A stretch of DNA of 64,000 nucleotides, taken from the IMG/VR virus record IMGVR_UViG_3300016476_001378, one strand, 5' to 3'. Origin of the DNA: a virus (Duplodnaviria; Caudoviricetes). A model generated the notes under the pieces. The model saw nothing but the letters and a program-made list of their open reading frames with translations, was not told the DNA's origin and made no database searches. Both the position numbers and the translations under genes were made by a program. Below, one piece after another: positions 55,291 to 64,000 of the stretch (within the stretch, counting starts at the first letter, position 1; every line of letters begins with the position of its first letter).

Positions 55291-55951
55291 AGCCTCCTAT
55301 ACCACCGTTCATTCCGCCGAAGGCTCCACCGCCACCGCCAAAGCCTCCCATTGCTCCTCCGCCCATTCCATTACCGTTGCCCATTCCAGCGCCTCCAAAA
55401 CCTCCCATAGAGCCACCCCCAAGGCCGCCAGCAGAACCGAAGCCACCACCGAAACCTCCATTGCCTATTCCTCCACCGCTAAATCTTGTAAATTGACTAA
55501 TGTTTAAAATGGGGCCTAATACAACTTGCAGATCAAATGGATCAATATAAACAAGAGGTATTCTTTCCCATGTAAGAGAGTTAATAGTCACAGATGGAAT
55601 TGGATCTGGTCCAGCAGTCTGTGGAACAGGAGTGATAACTCTTACCTTTACAATGTAAACATTGTTCTCTTTGGTATAGGTCAAAGGCTCAGTAGCTGCT
55701 CTCATGATTAGCTTTAAAGCATTTTCAAAAGGCTGGTCTGTAATTGTCATGGTAACAAAACCAGCAACATTGTTGTCAATAACAAAGTTATTAATGCCAG
55801 CTTGCTTGAAAGCCATCTCGAGAGTAGTTCTAATTGGAGCATCTTTCAGATCCAATGTAATACTAGGAGTGTTGGCACTCTGTGCAAATGTCGCCTTTGG
55901 CATAAGAACAAGAGAAAAACCAAATAATAAAACCAATAAAACTTTTTTCAT
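55268..55951 (-). CDS. Secretin/TonB short N-terminal (STN) domain protein with Gly-rich tail
   Basis: Signal peptide; ITLDLKDAPIR..LE..F...GI.N.VID.NV.G.VT....DQPFE.AL..I. Confidence 0.82.
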   Translation of the reverse strand: MKKVLLVLLFGFSLVLMPKATFAQSANTPSITLDLKDAPIRTTLEMAFKQAGINNFVIDNNVAGFVTMTITDQPFENALKLIMRAATEPLTYTKENNVYIVKVRVITPVPQTAGPDPIPSVTINSLTWERIPLVYIDPFDLQVVLGPILNISQFTRFSGGGIGNGGFGGGFGSAGGLGGGSMGGFGGAGMGNGNGMGGGAMGGFGGGGGAFGGMNGGIGGFGGGRNF

Positions 55952-56165
55952 TTTTTATTGTCTCCCTAAAAGATAATTAATTTTTACCTTCTATAGGCTA
56001 ATTAACCTATAAAATATTATGGTACTAAAAACAAAAGTCGCCCCAGGCCTTCGGAGCGACTTTTTAGAGAATTCTCTTTGTTTAGATACCTTTGATATCC
56101 AATTGCCTTTCACAACTTCGACCACAGCTTCGGCGTGGTGTCCCTACATCTTAGTTCATTATAAA

Positions 56166-56498
56166 TTATACAACTTTTTTCTTCTTGCCAACATTCTCTC
56201 GAGCTTCTTTTCTGAGCTTTGTCAGATTTTTCTTGGCCTCTTTAACAGATTTAGATTTTTCAATAATAAGTTCATCTATCACTTCATTCAAAGTATCACC
56301 GTAGTGCTCAAAAACCTGCTTATAAATATCTTCTTTGCCACCATAAGGGTAAAAGACTCTGGGCTTATCATCGCCATCATCTTTAACAAGGAATGTTTCG
56401 ACACCATTTACACAGATCTGTCCATTAAAAGCAAGCTTTTTTGTTTTGCTGTCAATGGTAGTTAAGTCAATTGTCATAAATCCACAAGATAATTTCAT
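56166..56498 (-). CDS. Hypothetical protein
   Basis: ATG abuts a promoter motif embedded in the end of the upstream gene. Confidence 0.65.
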   Translation of the reverse strand: MKLSCGFMTIDLTTIDSKTKKLAFNGQICVNGVETFLVKDDGDDKPRVFYPYGGKEDIYKQVFEHYGDTLNEVIDELIIEKSKSVKEAKKNLTKLRKEARENVGKKKKVV

Positions 56499-56502
56499 AC
56501 TA

Positions 56503-57150
56503 CTATAGTTGAACTTCTTGATTTTTTAAGATACAATATTTCTCTGCTTCGTCTATGTTGAATTTGCCATGGAACCCAAATTGCTTTTCTGGTTCAAATC
56601 TACCTCTGAGGGGATGGGGGTATTCGTAGGCAAAATTATTAGCGACGCTTAAAGGGGCATACTTTAAGCCATAATTTAAAGCTTCATAATATTTATTTAA
56701 GCATAAAAAGTTGTCTTCTGGGCAGCCTTCTGTTGTTTCAAATAATGAGCTAAATTCAAGAAACTTCTTACTTCTAAGAGAAAATCCACCATTGCCAACT
56801 CTTTGGCCAATAATGTATGTTTGATTCCAAGGGGCCCCTATGTAATCATAATTTAAGAAATCATTACTCCACATTTCAGGGTTGGTAATAAAACCATCGT
56901 TTTGTACAATTAAAACATAATCATTACTTAGGAATTTATTCAGCTGCAAACAAAAATCACTGTATTGTTCGGTCGATGAAATTTTATCTACTTTTATAAC
57001 TTCAAATCCATCTGGTTCTATGTCACTGTCTGTAAATAAGACAGTGCGACCAAATTGTATTTGTTGTGTACAAAGCTTTAAAACTTCTGCCGATCTTTCT
57101 GGCTCAACACAGTTTATGTTGACAATATCAATGTTACTTAGGTTTAGCAT
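56503..57150 (-). CDS. DUF5672 glycosyltransferase-like protein
   Basis: LIVQ.DG, DYDYIGAPW, VGNGGFSLRSK, ED, FGFH. Confidence 0.88.
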   Translation of the reverse strand: MLNLSNIDIVNINCVEPERSAEVLKLCTQQIQFGRTVLFTDSDIEPDGFEVIKVDKISSTEQYSDFCLQLNKFLSNDYVLIVQNDGFITNPEMWSNDFLNYDYIGAPWNQTYIIGQRVGNGGFSLRSKKFLEFSSLFETTEGCPEDNFLCLNKYYEALNYGLKYAPLSVANNFAYEYPHPLRGRFEPEKQFGFHGKFNIDEAEKYCILKNQEVQL

Positions 57151-57174
57151 AATGAATAAAATAAAATTAAAAAC

Positions 57175-57804
57175 ATGAAGACTCTATTATTTTGTACATC
57201 TTACATCAACAACAACCATTTGCGATATTATGGTTGGTATAATTACTATAGTGAAATTTATCCTGAGTTTGATTTTCTAATCTTAAATGACGGGCCTATA
57301 AATCCTGTGGATTTACAAATAATTATCGACCACACTGGTGGTAGATTAAAAAAAGAGAATTTCATGGAATTTGACACTGTTTTGGGTCGTAACTGGCACT
57401 TACACTGGGGCTGGTGGCGATCATTTTTAACAGCTTTAAAGTATGGCAAAGAAAATTACGACAGGATTATTCACATAGAGTCTGATGCTGTCTTGGCTTC
57501 TAAAAGAGTGCAAGAATATTTCAGGCACAGAAATGAGGGCTGGGTTGCTTTAGGCTCACCAAAGTATGGCTTCCCAGAATCTGCGATTCAAAGTATAAGT
57601 AAAAATGCTTTTCATTTAATTGATACTTTGCCTGAAGAGTTTGATTTTAATACAATCGTTGAAGTTATGTTGCCTTTTGTCAGAGAAAGATATTTTATAG
57701 GTGACAGGTATGGCGAAGAGGGCAAATTGCCTGGATACCCAATAGACTATGCTTGTCAGTGGGAGTGGCATTGGGCTATACCCGATGAATGGATTATTAA
57801 ATAA
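57175..57804 (+). CDS. Glycosyltransferase-like protein
   Basis: GWWRSF..A..Y.....YD.IIHIESDA. Confidence 0.6.
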   Translation: MKTLLFCTSYINNNHLRYYGWYNYYSEIYPEFDFLILNDGPINPVDLQIIIDHTGGRLKKENFMEFDTVLGRNWHLHWGWWRSFLTALKYGKENYDRIIHIESDAVLASKRVQEYFRHRNEGWVALGSPKYGFPESAIQSISKNAFHLIDTLPEEFDFNTIVEVMLPFVRERYFIGDRYGEEGKLPGYPIDYACQWEWHWAIPDEWIIK

Positions 57805-58448
57805 TGGAAATATTAGGCTGGCCTTCATTTGCAATAGAATCCGAATCTAGAGTTGCACCCTCTAGAGAACTTGTCGTTGCTGTTTATAAAGAGAATCTTT
57901 CTTGGCTTAAAGAAAGAAAATTTCCAGAAAAAATCTCAGCTTACAATAAAATGACAAGATTTGATTATAATTTTGCTGAAGAGCTTGAAAACATTGGCAG
58001 AGAATCGCATACCTATGTTTATCACATAGTAAAGCATTATGATAATTTAGCTGATTATACTACATTTGTTCAAGGCAGCCCACATCCACACTTCCATGAA
58101 GAGAATAACAACTACAATGTTGACATTTTCAATCATAAAATAGAGCCAACTAATGATTATCATCCTATGGGGATTTTTGTTATAACAGATCCTTTTGGCT
58201 CACCATTTTCTACTTGGGATTGTAATCTGTTTATTGTCTGGGAAGAGCTATTTTTGTCAGACCCTCCCCATCAATTTTTTGCAAACTATGGGGCCCAATT
58301 TACAGTTTCTAAAGAATTAATTAGAATGAGAAGCTTAACTTTTTGGAAAGAACTTTTGTTCTTGCATGAAAAGTATGGGCATCTGCCTTGGGCCCTAGAA
58401 ATTATGTGGTATTTTATTTTTGACCCTAGAATCAAATCTAAATTTTAA
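57804..58448 (+). CDS. DUF3431 family protein
   Basis: VVA.Y.E...W, N.GRE.HTY..HI..HYD.L.DYT.F.QG.P..H, AQF.VS...I. Confidence 0.85.
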   Translation: MEILGWPSFAIESESRVAPSRELVVAVYKENLSWLKERKFPEKISAYNKMTRFDYNFAEELENIGRESHTYVYHIVKHYDNLADYTTFVQGSPHPHFHEENNNYNVDIFNHKIEPTNDYHPMGIFVITDPFGSPFSTWDCNLFIVWEELFLSDPPHQFFANYGAQFTVSKELIRMRSLTFWKELLFLHEKYGHLPWALEIMWYFIFDPRIKSKF

Positions 58449-58750
58449 ATATCTTTAGATTCATATTTATTGGGGCCACAAAATTTCATAAATTTATCCC
58501 AAATAAAATCGCCTTGCTCTGTTGTCAATGGTATTTTGACTATTGTATCAAACATCTCGCAATTAAAGATGTACTTATCTTCTTTGTAAACCCAAAGAAT
58601 TCCACTTGTGCCGTCTCTGAATGTAAGTTTAATTCCAGCAACACCCCTGTATCTTTGACGGAAAACAATGTTATCTTCAAATAAACAATTAGTTGCAATT
58701 TTATTTGATAATGATTTAAATAATTTATTATTTTGAATTAAATTTAACAT
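58445..58750 (-). CDS. Hypothetical protein
   Basis: 101 aa. Confidence 0.5.
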   Translation of the reverse strand: MLNLIQNNKLFKSLSNKIATNCLFEDNIVFRQRYRGVAGIKLTFRDGTSGILWVYKEDKYIFNCEMFDTIVKIPLTTEQGDFIWDKFMKFCGPNKYESKDI

Positions 58751-58772
58751 TTTAGATTCACAAGATGGAATG

Positions 58773-59132
58773 TTACTTTTTTACTTTTACTTCGTAATAA
58801 GTTTTCTTCTCATCAGTTTCAAATTTAATGCTCATAAACTTCTCGAGTAAGAATTTGGTATCTTCAAAGTTCTTTTCAAAGATTTGAAACTTTTGCAACT
58901 TAATTTTATTAATTTCGTCTTTGTTGTAAGAGTATGTTGTAATTTTAGCAGCCCTAAAGAAATCATCAATGATTGTTGATGGCAGCACATACTTTGTGCT
59001 ATAAACTGTAAATACTTGTTCTTTTTTAGGCTTATCTTCAGATTGAACCAATGTTGGAACCTGTTGGCTGAAATCTTTAACAGGAGCTGTAAAAACACAA
59101 AGACAACCCACAATAGCGAATAACTTATCCAT
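58773..59132 (-). CDS. Secreted hypothetical protein (weakly STN-like)
   Basis: Signal-like N-terminus; AAGGA SD. Confidence 0.5.
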   Translation of the reverse strand: MDKLFAIVGCLCVFTAPVKDFSQQVPTLVQSEDKPKKEQVFTVYSTKYVLPSTIIDDFFRAAKITTYSYNKDEINKIKLQKFQIFEKNFEDTKFLLEKFMSIKFETDEKKTYYEVKVKK

Positions 59133-59197
59133 AATTAAAATCCTTTTTATTTTATAGGACTGTGGGCTAATTGCCCTTACGATATTATAGTACTATT

Positions 59198-59926
59198 TCA
59201 CACGTTTTGTGTAGAAAATAAGTTTTGTAATTCTGTTGTGATTTCTTTTTGAAGCTCAGATGTTTGCTTCGGTGGATTCTTAGAATACATTTGATCTATT
59301 TTTTGTTTTAAAGTATCCATTCTTGCTTTATACCCACCCATGTTCTTTTGGGCATCAAGATGTGCTTTTAATTCATTAAATAGAGTGATGGCAAGATCGT
59401 ATTCTGCTTTTTTATTACTAGCAACCTGTTGCACATTTTTAACAGTTTGATCGAGGACATTGCCAGTAACTTGTTGTGTAGGTACAAATTTTTTAACAGC
59501 TTCTTGTAAAGCTTTGGCCGCTATTGTTGTATTTCTTAATAGCCCCATTGTGGTTAACACATTTGCTACCATTGGTGGGAGTTTTTCTGCATTGAGCTTA
59601 GCCCAATAATTCCTGTGAAGTATCTGTCTAACTTCCTCACCAGAAATTTTTTGAACACTTTGTGTAGGCTGATTTTGGCTCTTTCTGAATAAATCGTATT
59701 CAGCCTGTGTGACACCTTTTTGTGTAGCACCGCCACGACCAGCAGACCATTGTTTAAAACCGCCCTCTCCAGCTGCTGGATTTTCAGGATGCAAATTTAA
59801 ATTTACCCAATCATTAAAATTAGTGCCGTATTGCTTTGGGTCTAAAATTACATTTTTAGTCCAAGGGGCCTTTTCTGGAGGCATGACAAATTTATAGCCT
59901 TTGTTTTGGGAAGTTCTGTACCACAT
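59198..59926 (-). CDS. Glycoside hydrolase family 108 (lysozyme-like) protein beginning MWYRTSQ
   Basis: EGG.......GGATQKGVTQ ... SV..I...EV..I....YW. Confidence 0.72.
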   Translation of the reverse strand: MWYRTSQNKGYKFVMPPEKAPWTKNVILDPKQYGTNFNDWVNLNLHPENPAAGEGGFKQWSAGRGGATQKGVTQAEYDLFRKSQNQPTQSVQKISGEEVRQILHRNYWAKLNAEKLPPMVANVLTTMGLLRNTTIAAKALQEAVKKFVPTQQVTGNVLDQTVKNVQQVASNKKAEYDLAITLFNELKAHLDAQKNMGGYKARMDTLKQKIDQMYSKNPPKQTSELQKEITTELQNLFSTQNV

Positions 59927-59998
59927 AGTTTTTATTTTAAAGTTTATTTATGAAAAACCTATAAAGAAACCCCAGAGTTAATCTGGGGTTTCTAAAAA

Positions 59999-60508
59999 TC
60001 AAAAATCAAAAGATAATTGTTGATTCTTTATGGTGCGTTTTGTAGTAATACCATGTTTTAAACACATCATAAAATCTTCAAATGAACTGTTTTCTGGCAA
60101 TTCTAAACCAAAATGTCTTAAAGCCAAAGCAGCATTATCACGCAAGTCTTCCGTCATAGTTATAGAATTATGAATTTCCATAAGACCACAATCCATACCC
60201 AAAGTGTAAGCTTCTGTGTCAAATTTGAATAAATTGTACAAAAGATGCCTATAACTTCCCTTATCAACAAATTCATTTACATAAATTTGATTACAAACAT
60301 AATACCAAATCTTAACTCTTTGTTCTTCTGGTAAAGAATTCCATTCTTGTTCGCACAAGGTTCTGAACCCTTGCTTAAATTTTTCTACAGCTTCTTCATA
60401 TTGTGCAGACAATTCAAACAACTCATTCGCATCAGATGGTTTAATTTTTTGTGCTTCCATTAAGCTTTCTATTTTCCTTTGTTTTAAGCTTTCAAAGTCT
60501 TCATTCAT
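59999..60508 (-). CDS. Hypothetical protein
   Basis: GSYR..LY..F.F...AY..GM..G motif; promoter motif upstream. Confidence 0.65.
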   Translation of the reverse strand: MNEDFESLKQRKIESLMEAQKIKPSDANELFELSAQYEEAVEKFKQGFRTLCEQEWNSLPEEQRVKIWYYVCNQIYVNEFVDKGSYRHLLYNLFKFDTEAYTLGMDCGLMEIHNSITMTEDLRDNAALALRHFGLELPENSSFEDFMMCLKHGITTKRTIKNQQLSFDF

Positions 60509-60532
60509 TAGTATAGGCCTCTTGTTTTATTT

Positions 60533-60994
60533 TTAAGATAATTTCTCGTATGTCTCATAGAATTCTTTTGCTGCAATTCGGTAAACTTCTTTTTCATCAG
60601 GTAGTGGAGTTACAATGTAATCTCCAGCTTTTAAAACCATGTTTCTGCCCCATTTTGCAACAAACTCCATGTCGGGGCCATAATAGATTACACCCTTAAC
60701 TTTGCCTATAGGCATGTAAACTGCACCGTCTTCAGACCAGTAAAAGAATTTATATCTATTAAAAAACATCTCTTCGGATACAATGTATTTTTCAAGAGCC
60801 TCTGTTTGAAGATTTTGAACGATAAAATCTCCTGGATTCGCATAGTTAGTAGTTTCGAGGCCGTCGGCTGTCCATGTTTCTATAAATTCGCCAGCCTTAG
60901 CTTTCACAGCATAAACCAAAGAACATTTATAGAACACATCACCGCTGCTTTCAATTACAGGGAAAAATAAATCGTAAGCTTGCTGTTGGTTCAT
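60533..60994 (-). CDS. PGDYG-like repeat protein
   Basis: Two repeats A.PGDFIV...E.Y.....F...Y and AGDYIV...EVY.I...EF..TY. Confidence 0.65.
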   Translation of the reverse strand: MNQQQAYDLFFPVIESSGDVFYKCSLVYAVKAKAGEFIETWTADGLETTNYANPGDFIVQNLQTEALEKYIVSEEMFFNRYKFFYWSEDGAVYMPIGKVKGVIYYGPDMEFVAKWGRNMVLKAGDYIVTPLPDEKEVYRIAAKEFYETYEKLS

Positions 60995-61017
60995 ACCTTA
61001 TTTATTATGCTGGCGAT

Positions 61018-61410
61018 TTATTCTTCCTCGTCTTCTTCAAGCTCTTCAATCTCATGATTTTTATCAACAAGAAATGAACATTTTGAATAATCCGAATAAA
61101 GAATCATTAAATCCATTAATTGTGCATAGCTTTTCTGACAAGTACAAAAGGGCGTATAGTAATCCAATACTCGTTCATGATCAACAACAAAAAAGGGGGT
61201 TCCATCAAGTTCGATTATGTAGTACTCATGAAGATTTTCCCGAACTTTATAAGCTTTGAATATTTTGCAAGAACTTTCAAAATATTCCCAATTTACATTT
61301 AAGCCTAGATGCATAGGAAAGAGTGTGTAACCAATTGTCCTTAAACTAAAAACTTCTTTTAAAGCAATAGAAGTTTTCTTACTCAAGCCATAAATGTCTA
61401 ATATTTTCAT
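61018..61410 (-). CDS. Hypothetical protein
   Basis: 130 aa. Confidence 0.55.
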   Translation of the reverse strand: MKILDIYGLSKKTSIALKEVFSLRTIGYTLFPMHLGLNVNWEYFESSCKIFKAYKVRENLHEYYIIELDGTPFFVVDHERVLDYYTPFCTCQKSYAQLMDLMILYSDYSKCSFLVDKNHEIEELEEDEEE

Positions 61411-61481
61411 ATTATATGATGGTACATAAAATTTAAAAAAATGAACTTGTAAGTAAAGCTTACAAGTTCATTTTGGTTCAA

Positions 61482-64000
61482 TTATAAGATTTTCACTTTA
61501 GGAAAATCTGTCAATACTTCAAATCCCATGTTGTCCCAATGCCTTTCATCAGCAAAAGGCCTGAAATTAATCCAGTAAGAGTTATCAGGATTCCAAGTCC
61601 TTTGTTCTCCAATCTCATTTAAAGTGTGATAAATTAAATGAGTGTAATTAACATTTATTTCGTCAAATGGAAAATCAACAGGCAATGGAGAGTCTGCAAC
61701 AAGATAGCCGTCTTCTGTGATTATCACTCTGTTTTTAGAAACATAAAGGTCAAATTGAACTCTTCTATCTAATCCCTGCCATGTTCTATTCAAAGGGAAA
61801 TTTTGTCGCTCGACACTAGGTCTAAAGAATATATCTCCCTCATATTTACCTGAAGCTGGATTCTTAACAGCGCGATAAATGATAGAACCAGAGCGAGTGG
61901 AGCAATAAGCATCCATCAATTTAGTTAATGAATCTTTAGATGTCTGTTTGATCCACCAATTGTCAGCAGAAAAATTAATATCATCTAATACTTTTAATGT
62001 ACTATCTGTTAATTCGTACTCTGCAGTATTACCAAATTCACCAAACTTTATCCAGCCTGATTTCATTGTCGCACCAGAATTTAGAATAAACACTGGGAAT
62101 TTATTTCCATCATTGAAGTTTGCAACCCATTTAGCATTAATTTCATTGCCATTTTGAGTCACAGAATCAACAGAGAATGTGCCCACTTTATATTCAGTTG
62201 AATAATCAACTCTTCTGTAAGGTTGTGGATAAGAAAAAATACTATTTCTGTCAGCATACTTTACTGGAATTGAATATGATTTTCTAGAACCGTCAGGATT
62301 GTAGCCAGTATCAACATTTAAAACATGGCTTCCTGAACCAATCGTCCACCTAAATAATTTACCAGAAACAGTATTCCTGTCTATCTTATCTGCTGCCTTG
62401 CCTGAATATACTACTTCATTTGCTGGCAATAATAAAATGTCACACCATCTTCTAGGACTAAAGTGAGGATCAACTTCAAATGTAACATGAAGAACTTTAT
62501 TACCTGTTATGTTTGCAGTTTTCTTGGGGCTCATTAACATGACACCATTACTTTGATGCGCCCAGCCTGGAACTGGCATGGTGGCACCATCATAAAGTGT
62601 ATCCATGAAGTGAGAACCCATTAAGAACACAGTGGAATGATTTGTGTCAAGGTCGTCCAGAAAGAAATTCCACTTATCATTTTCATACCATTTTAAAAAT
62701 AAATAACTTCTGTCCCACCATTGTGTACCAGGGCCCCCTAATCTATACTGAACAATCTCAGGTTTTTGAGGCAATTGAACTATAGGTTGGAAGTTTCTAA
62801 AATTATCAAAGAAAACTTGCTCTCCAGTTAATTTTCTTTCAATTGTAGTAACTCTATAAGGTGCTGATTTTGTAAGAACAATAGGGTTGTTTGAAGGATC
62901 GCCATGGCCGTTTACGCCAGCATGAATTTCCCCATTTAAGCCGCTGGCTCCAGGTCCGACCATACCATCTATTTTTTGGTAAGGCCCCATTTTGTCAAGA
63001 GCTTCAACAATCAGATCATAAGATTGATTAGAAATTAAACCATTCATTTCAACCATGTTGTGACCTGATGAATATTTGACTGAATTTGGATTATTAGCGA
63101 CATAGACACGATAATCTACAGCACCAGGAACAAGATCAAATTTAACTACTACACTATCATCATTAGGAATGTGACCTGTAATGTTGACAGGAGTAGAAAT
63201 GGATTGAGGCGGCCCAAATAAAGTAGTAACATCAATAGATGGCCCAAATGTTTCTTGTTCTGTAAATTTATTATGGTTTACAGAAGAAATAACGTATCTG
63301 TAAGTTTTGCCAGATAACACATTTGTATCTATGTAATATTGAGACCACAACCCAGCGGCGACTTTAACACCATCCCTGTATACATTATAGCTTTCTGGTG
63401 TATTTTGTCCATAAGACTGCTTGTCTTGCCATTTAATAAAGTTTCTGGGTCTACCATTGTTCCATTCACCCCTGGCAACATAATTGCCAGGAGTAGATGG
63501 GTAAGAAGAGAACCAAGAAAAGTTATAATTTGGCGCATACTGTCCAGCCGCCATTGTTAAATTAGAAGGGAGAGACTCAAGCCCGTATTTGTCAACTGCA
63601 GTGACAGTATAAGTCCAGCCCCCTTGCCAGATGTACTTATCAACAGTAAAAGAATTAGTTGTGCTAGAACCTATTTTTGTGTCGTATCTGTAAATGTTAT
63701 AAGACACTACGTTTGGGCTGGAATCCCAAGCTAAAATGTCATAAGCTCCATTGTCCCAAACTCCAAGAGTTCTAAGATTTTTAGGGGCCTCTGGATTCTT
63801 AGCAACAAATAGAGGAATCACAGCAGTTGAAACATTAGAAAACTGGAGATAGCCAGACGGCACAACTCCACAAACATAATAATCCCATTTTTGCTGATAC
63901 TTTACATTTCTATCAATAAAAATGTTTTCATTATTAGTTAATTTTGCGTAAGGTTTATTATAATTTGGTTTAACACCCTGGCCAACTCTGTATATATAAT
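61482..64000 (-). CDS. Large fibronectin type III-repeat protein, 5' end beyond the window
   Basis: FN3 motifs (W....V.SYNIYR, Y.YTVTAVD..G.ES); frame stays open from 63863 to the window edge (YIYRVGQG...WDYYVCGVVPSG). Confidence 0.8.
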   Translation of the reverse strand, partial: YIYRVGQGVKPNYNKPYAKLTNNENIFIDRNVKYQQKWDYYVCGVVPSGYLQFSNVSTAVIPLFVAKNPEAPKNLRTLGVWDNGAYDILAWDSSPNVVSYNIYRYDTKIGSSTTNSFTVDKYIWQGGWTYTVTAVDKYGLESLPSNLTMAAGQYAPNYNFSWFSSYPSTPGNYVARGEWNNGRPRNFIKWQDKQSYGQNTPESYNVYRDGVKVAAGLWSQYYIDTNVLSGKTYRYVISSVNHNKFTEQETFGPSIDVTTLFGPPQSISTPVNITGHIPNDDSVVVKFDLVPGAVDYRVYVANNPNSVKYSSGHNMVEMNGLISNQSYDLIVEALDKMGPYQKIDGMVGPGASGLNGEIHAGVNGHGDPSNNPIVLTKSAPYRVTTIERKLTGEQVFFDNFRNFQPIVQLPQKPEIVQYRLGGPGTQWWDRSYLFLKWYENDKWNFFLDDLDTNHSTVFLMGSHFMDTLYDGATMPVPGWAHQSNGVMLMSPKKTANITGNKVLHVTFEVDPHFSPRRWCDILLLPANEVVYSGKAADKIDRNTVSGKLFRWTIGSGSHVLNVDTGYNPDGSRKSYSIPVKYADRNSIFSYPQPYRRVDYSTEYKVGTFSVDSVTQNGNEINAKWVANFNDGNKFPVFILNSGATMKSGWIKFGEFGNTAEYELTDSTLKVLDDINFSADNWWIKQTSKDSLTKLMDAYCSTRSGSIIYRAVKNPASGKYEGDIFFRPSVERQNFPLNRTWQGLDRRVQFDLYVSKNRVIITEDGYLVADSPLPVDFPFDEINVNYTHLIYHTLNEIGEQRTWNPDNSYWINFRPFADERHWDNMGFEVLTDFPKVKIL

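Noticed and set aside
61482-63863. Start of the FN3 protein at 63863
   Set aside because: The frame stays open and FN3-like up to the window edge, so the gene is truncated by the window.

Overview
A 64-kb segment of an AT-rich large (jumbo-type) tailed phage genome. It uses the standard genetic code and most genes lie on the minus strand. Three DUF1559-type prepilins with the [15 protein letters not shown] signature suggest an Armatimonadota host (inference). 1-21 kb holds small genes, 16 tRNA genes (one degenerate), three HNH nucleases, an Ogg-like glycosylase, an ATP-dependent DNA ligase and rIIA/rIIB. Many of these genes follow a conserved motif, TCTTAA-N16/17-CTATA(A/G)TAGT, which often runs directly into the ATG. 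About 21.6-23.8 kb is a mostly non-coding origin-like region with a strand-skew flip, nested inverted repeats and TCGAAATT repeats. 24-64 kb carries a sigma-70-family factor, an NrdG-like radical SAM protein, a GMP reductase-like enzyme, PurA, IscA/ErpA, MarC, ClpP, glycosyltransferase-like genes, LysM and GH108 proteins, and a GHKL ATPase with an HEXXH motif. The best candidates for something new are: (i) a dispersed set of type IV pilin and secretin parts with no ATPase, platform protein or peptidase in the window; (ii) a DUF2828 (TROVE/vWA-like) gene preceded by three related CAGC(A/G)A hairpins; (iii) several orphan structured RNAs, including a pseudoknotted RNA of about 155-200 nt downstream of clpP; (iv) a GC-rich gene captured between 139-bp duplications of the phage promoter; (v) shared N-terminal tags on unrelated proteins. 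Family names come from motif recognition, not database searches.
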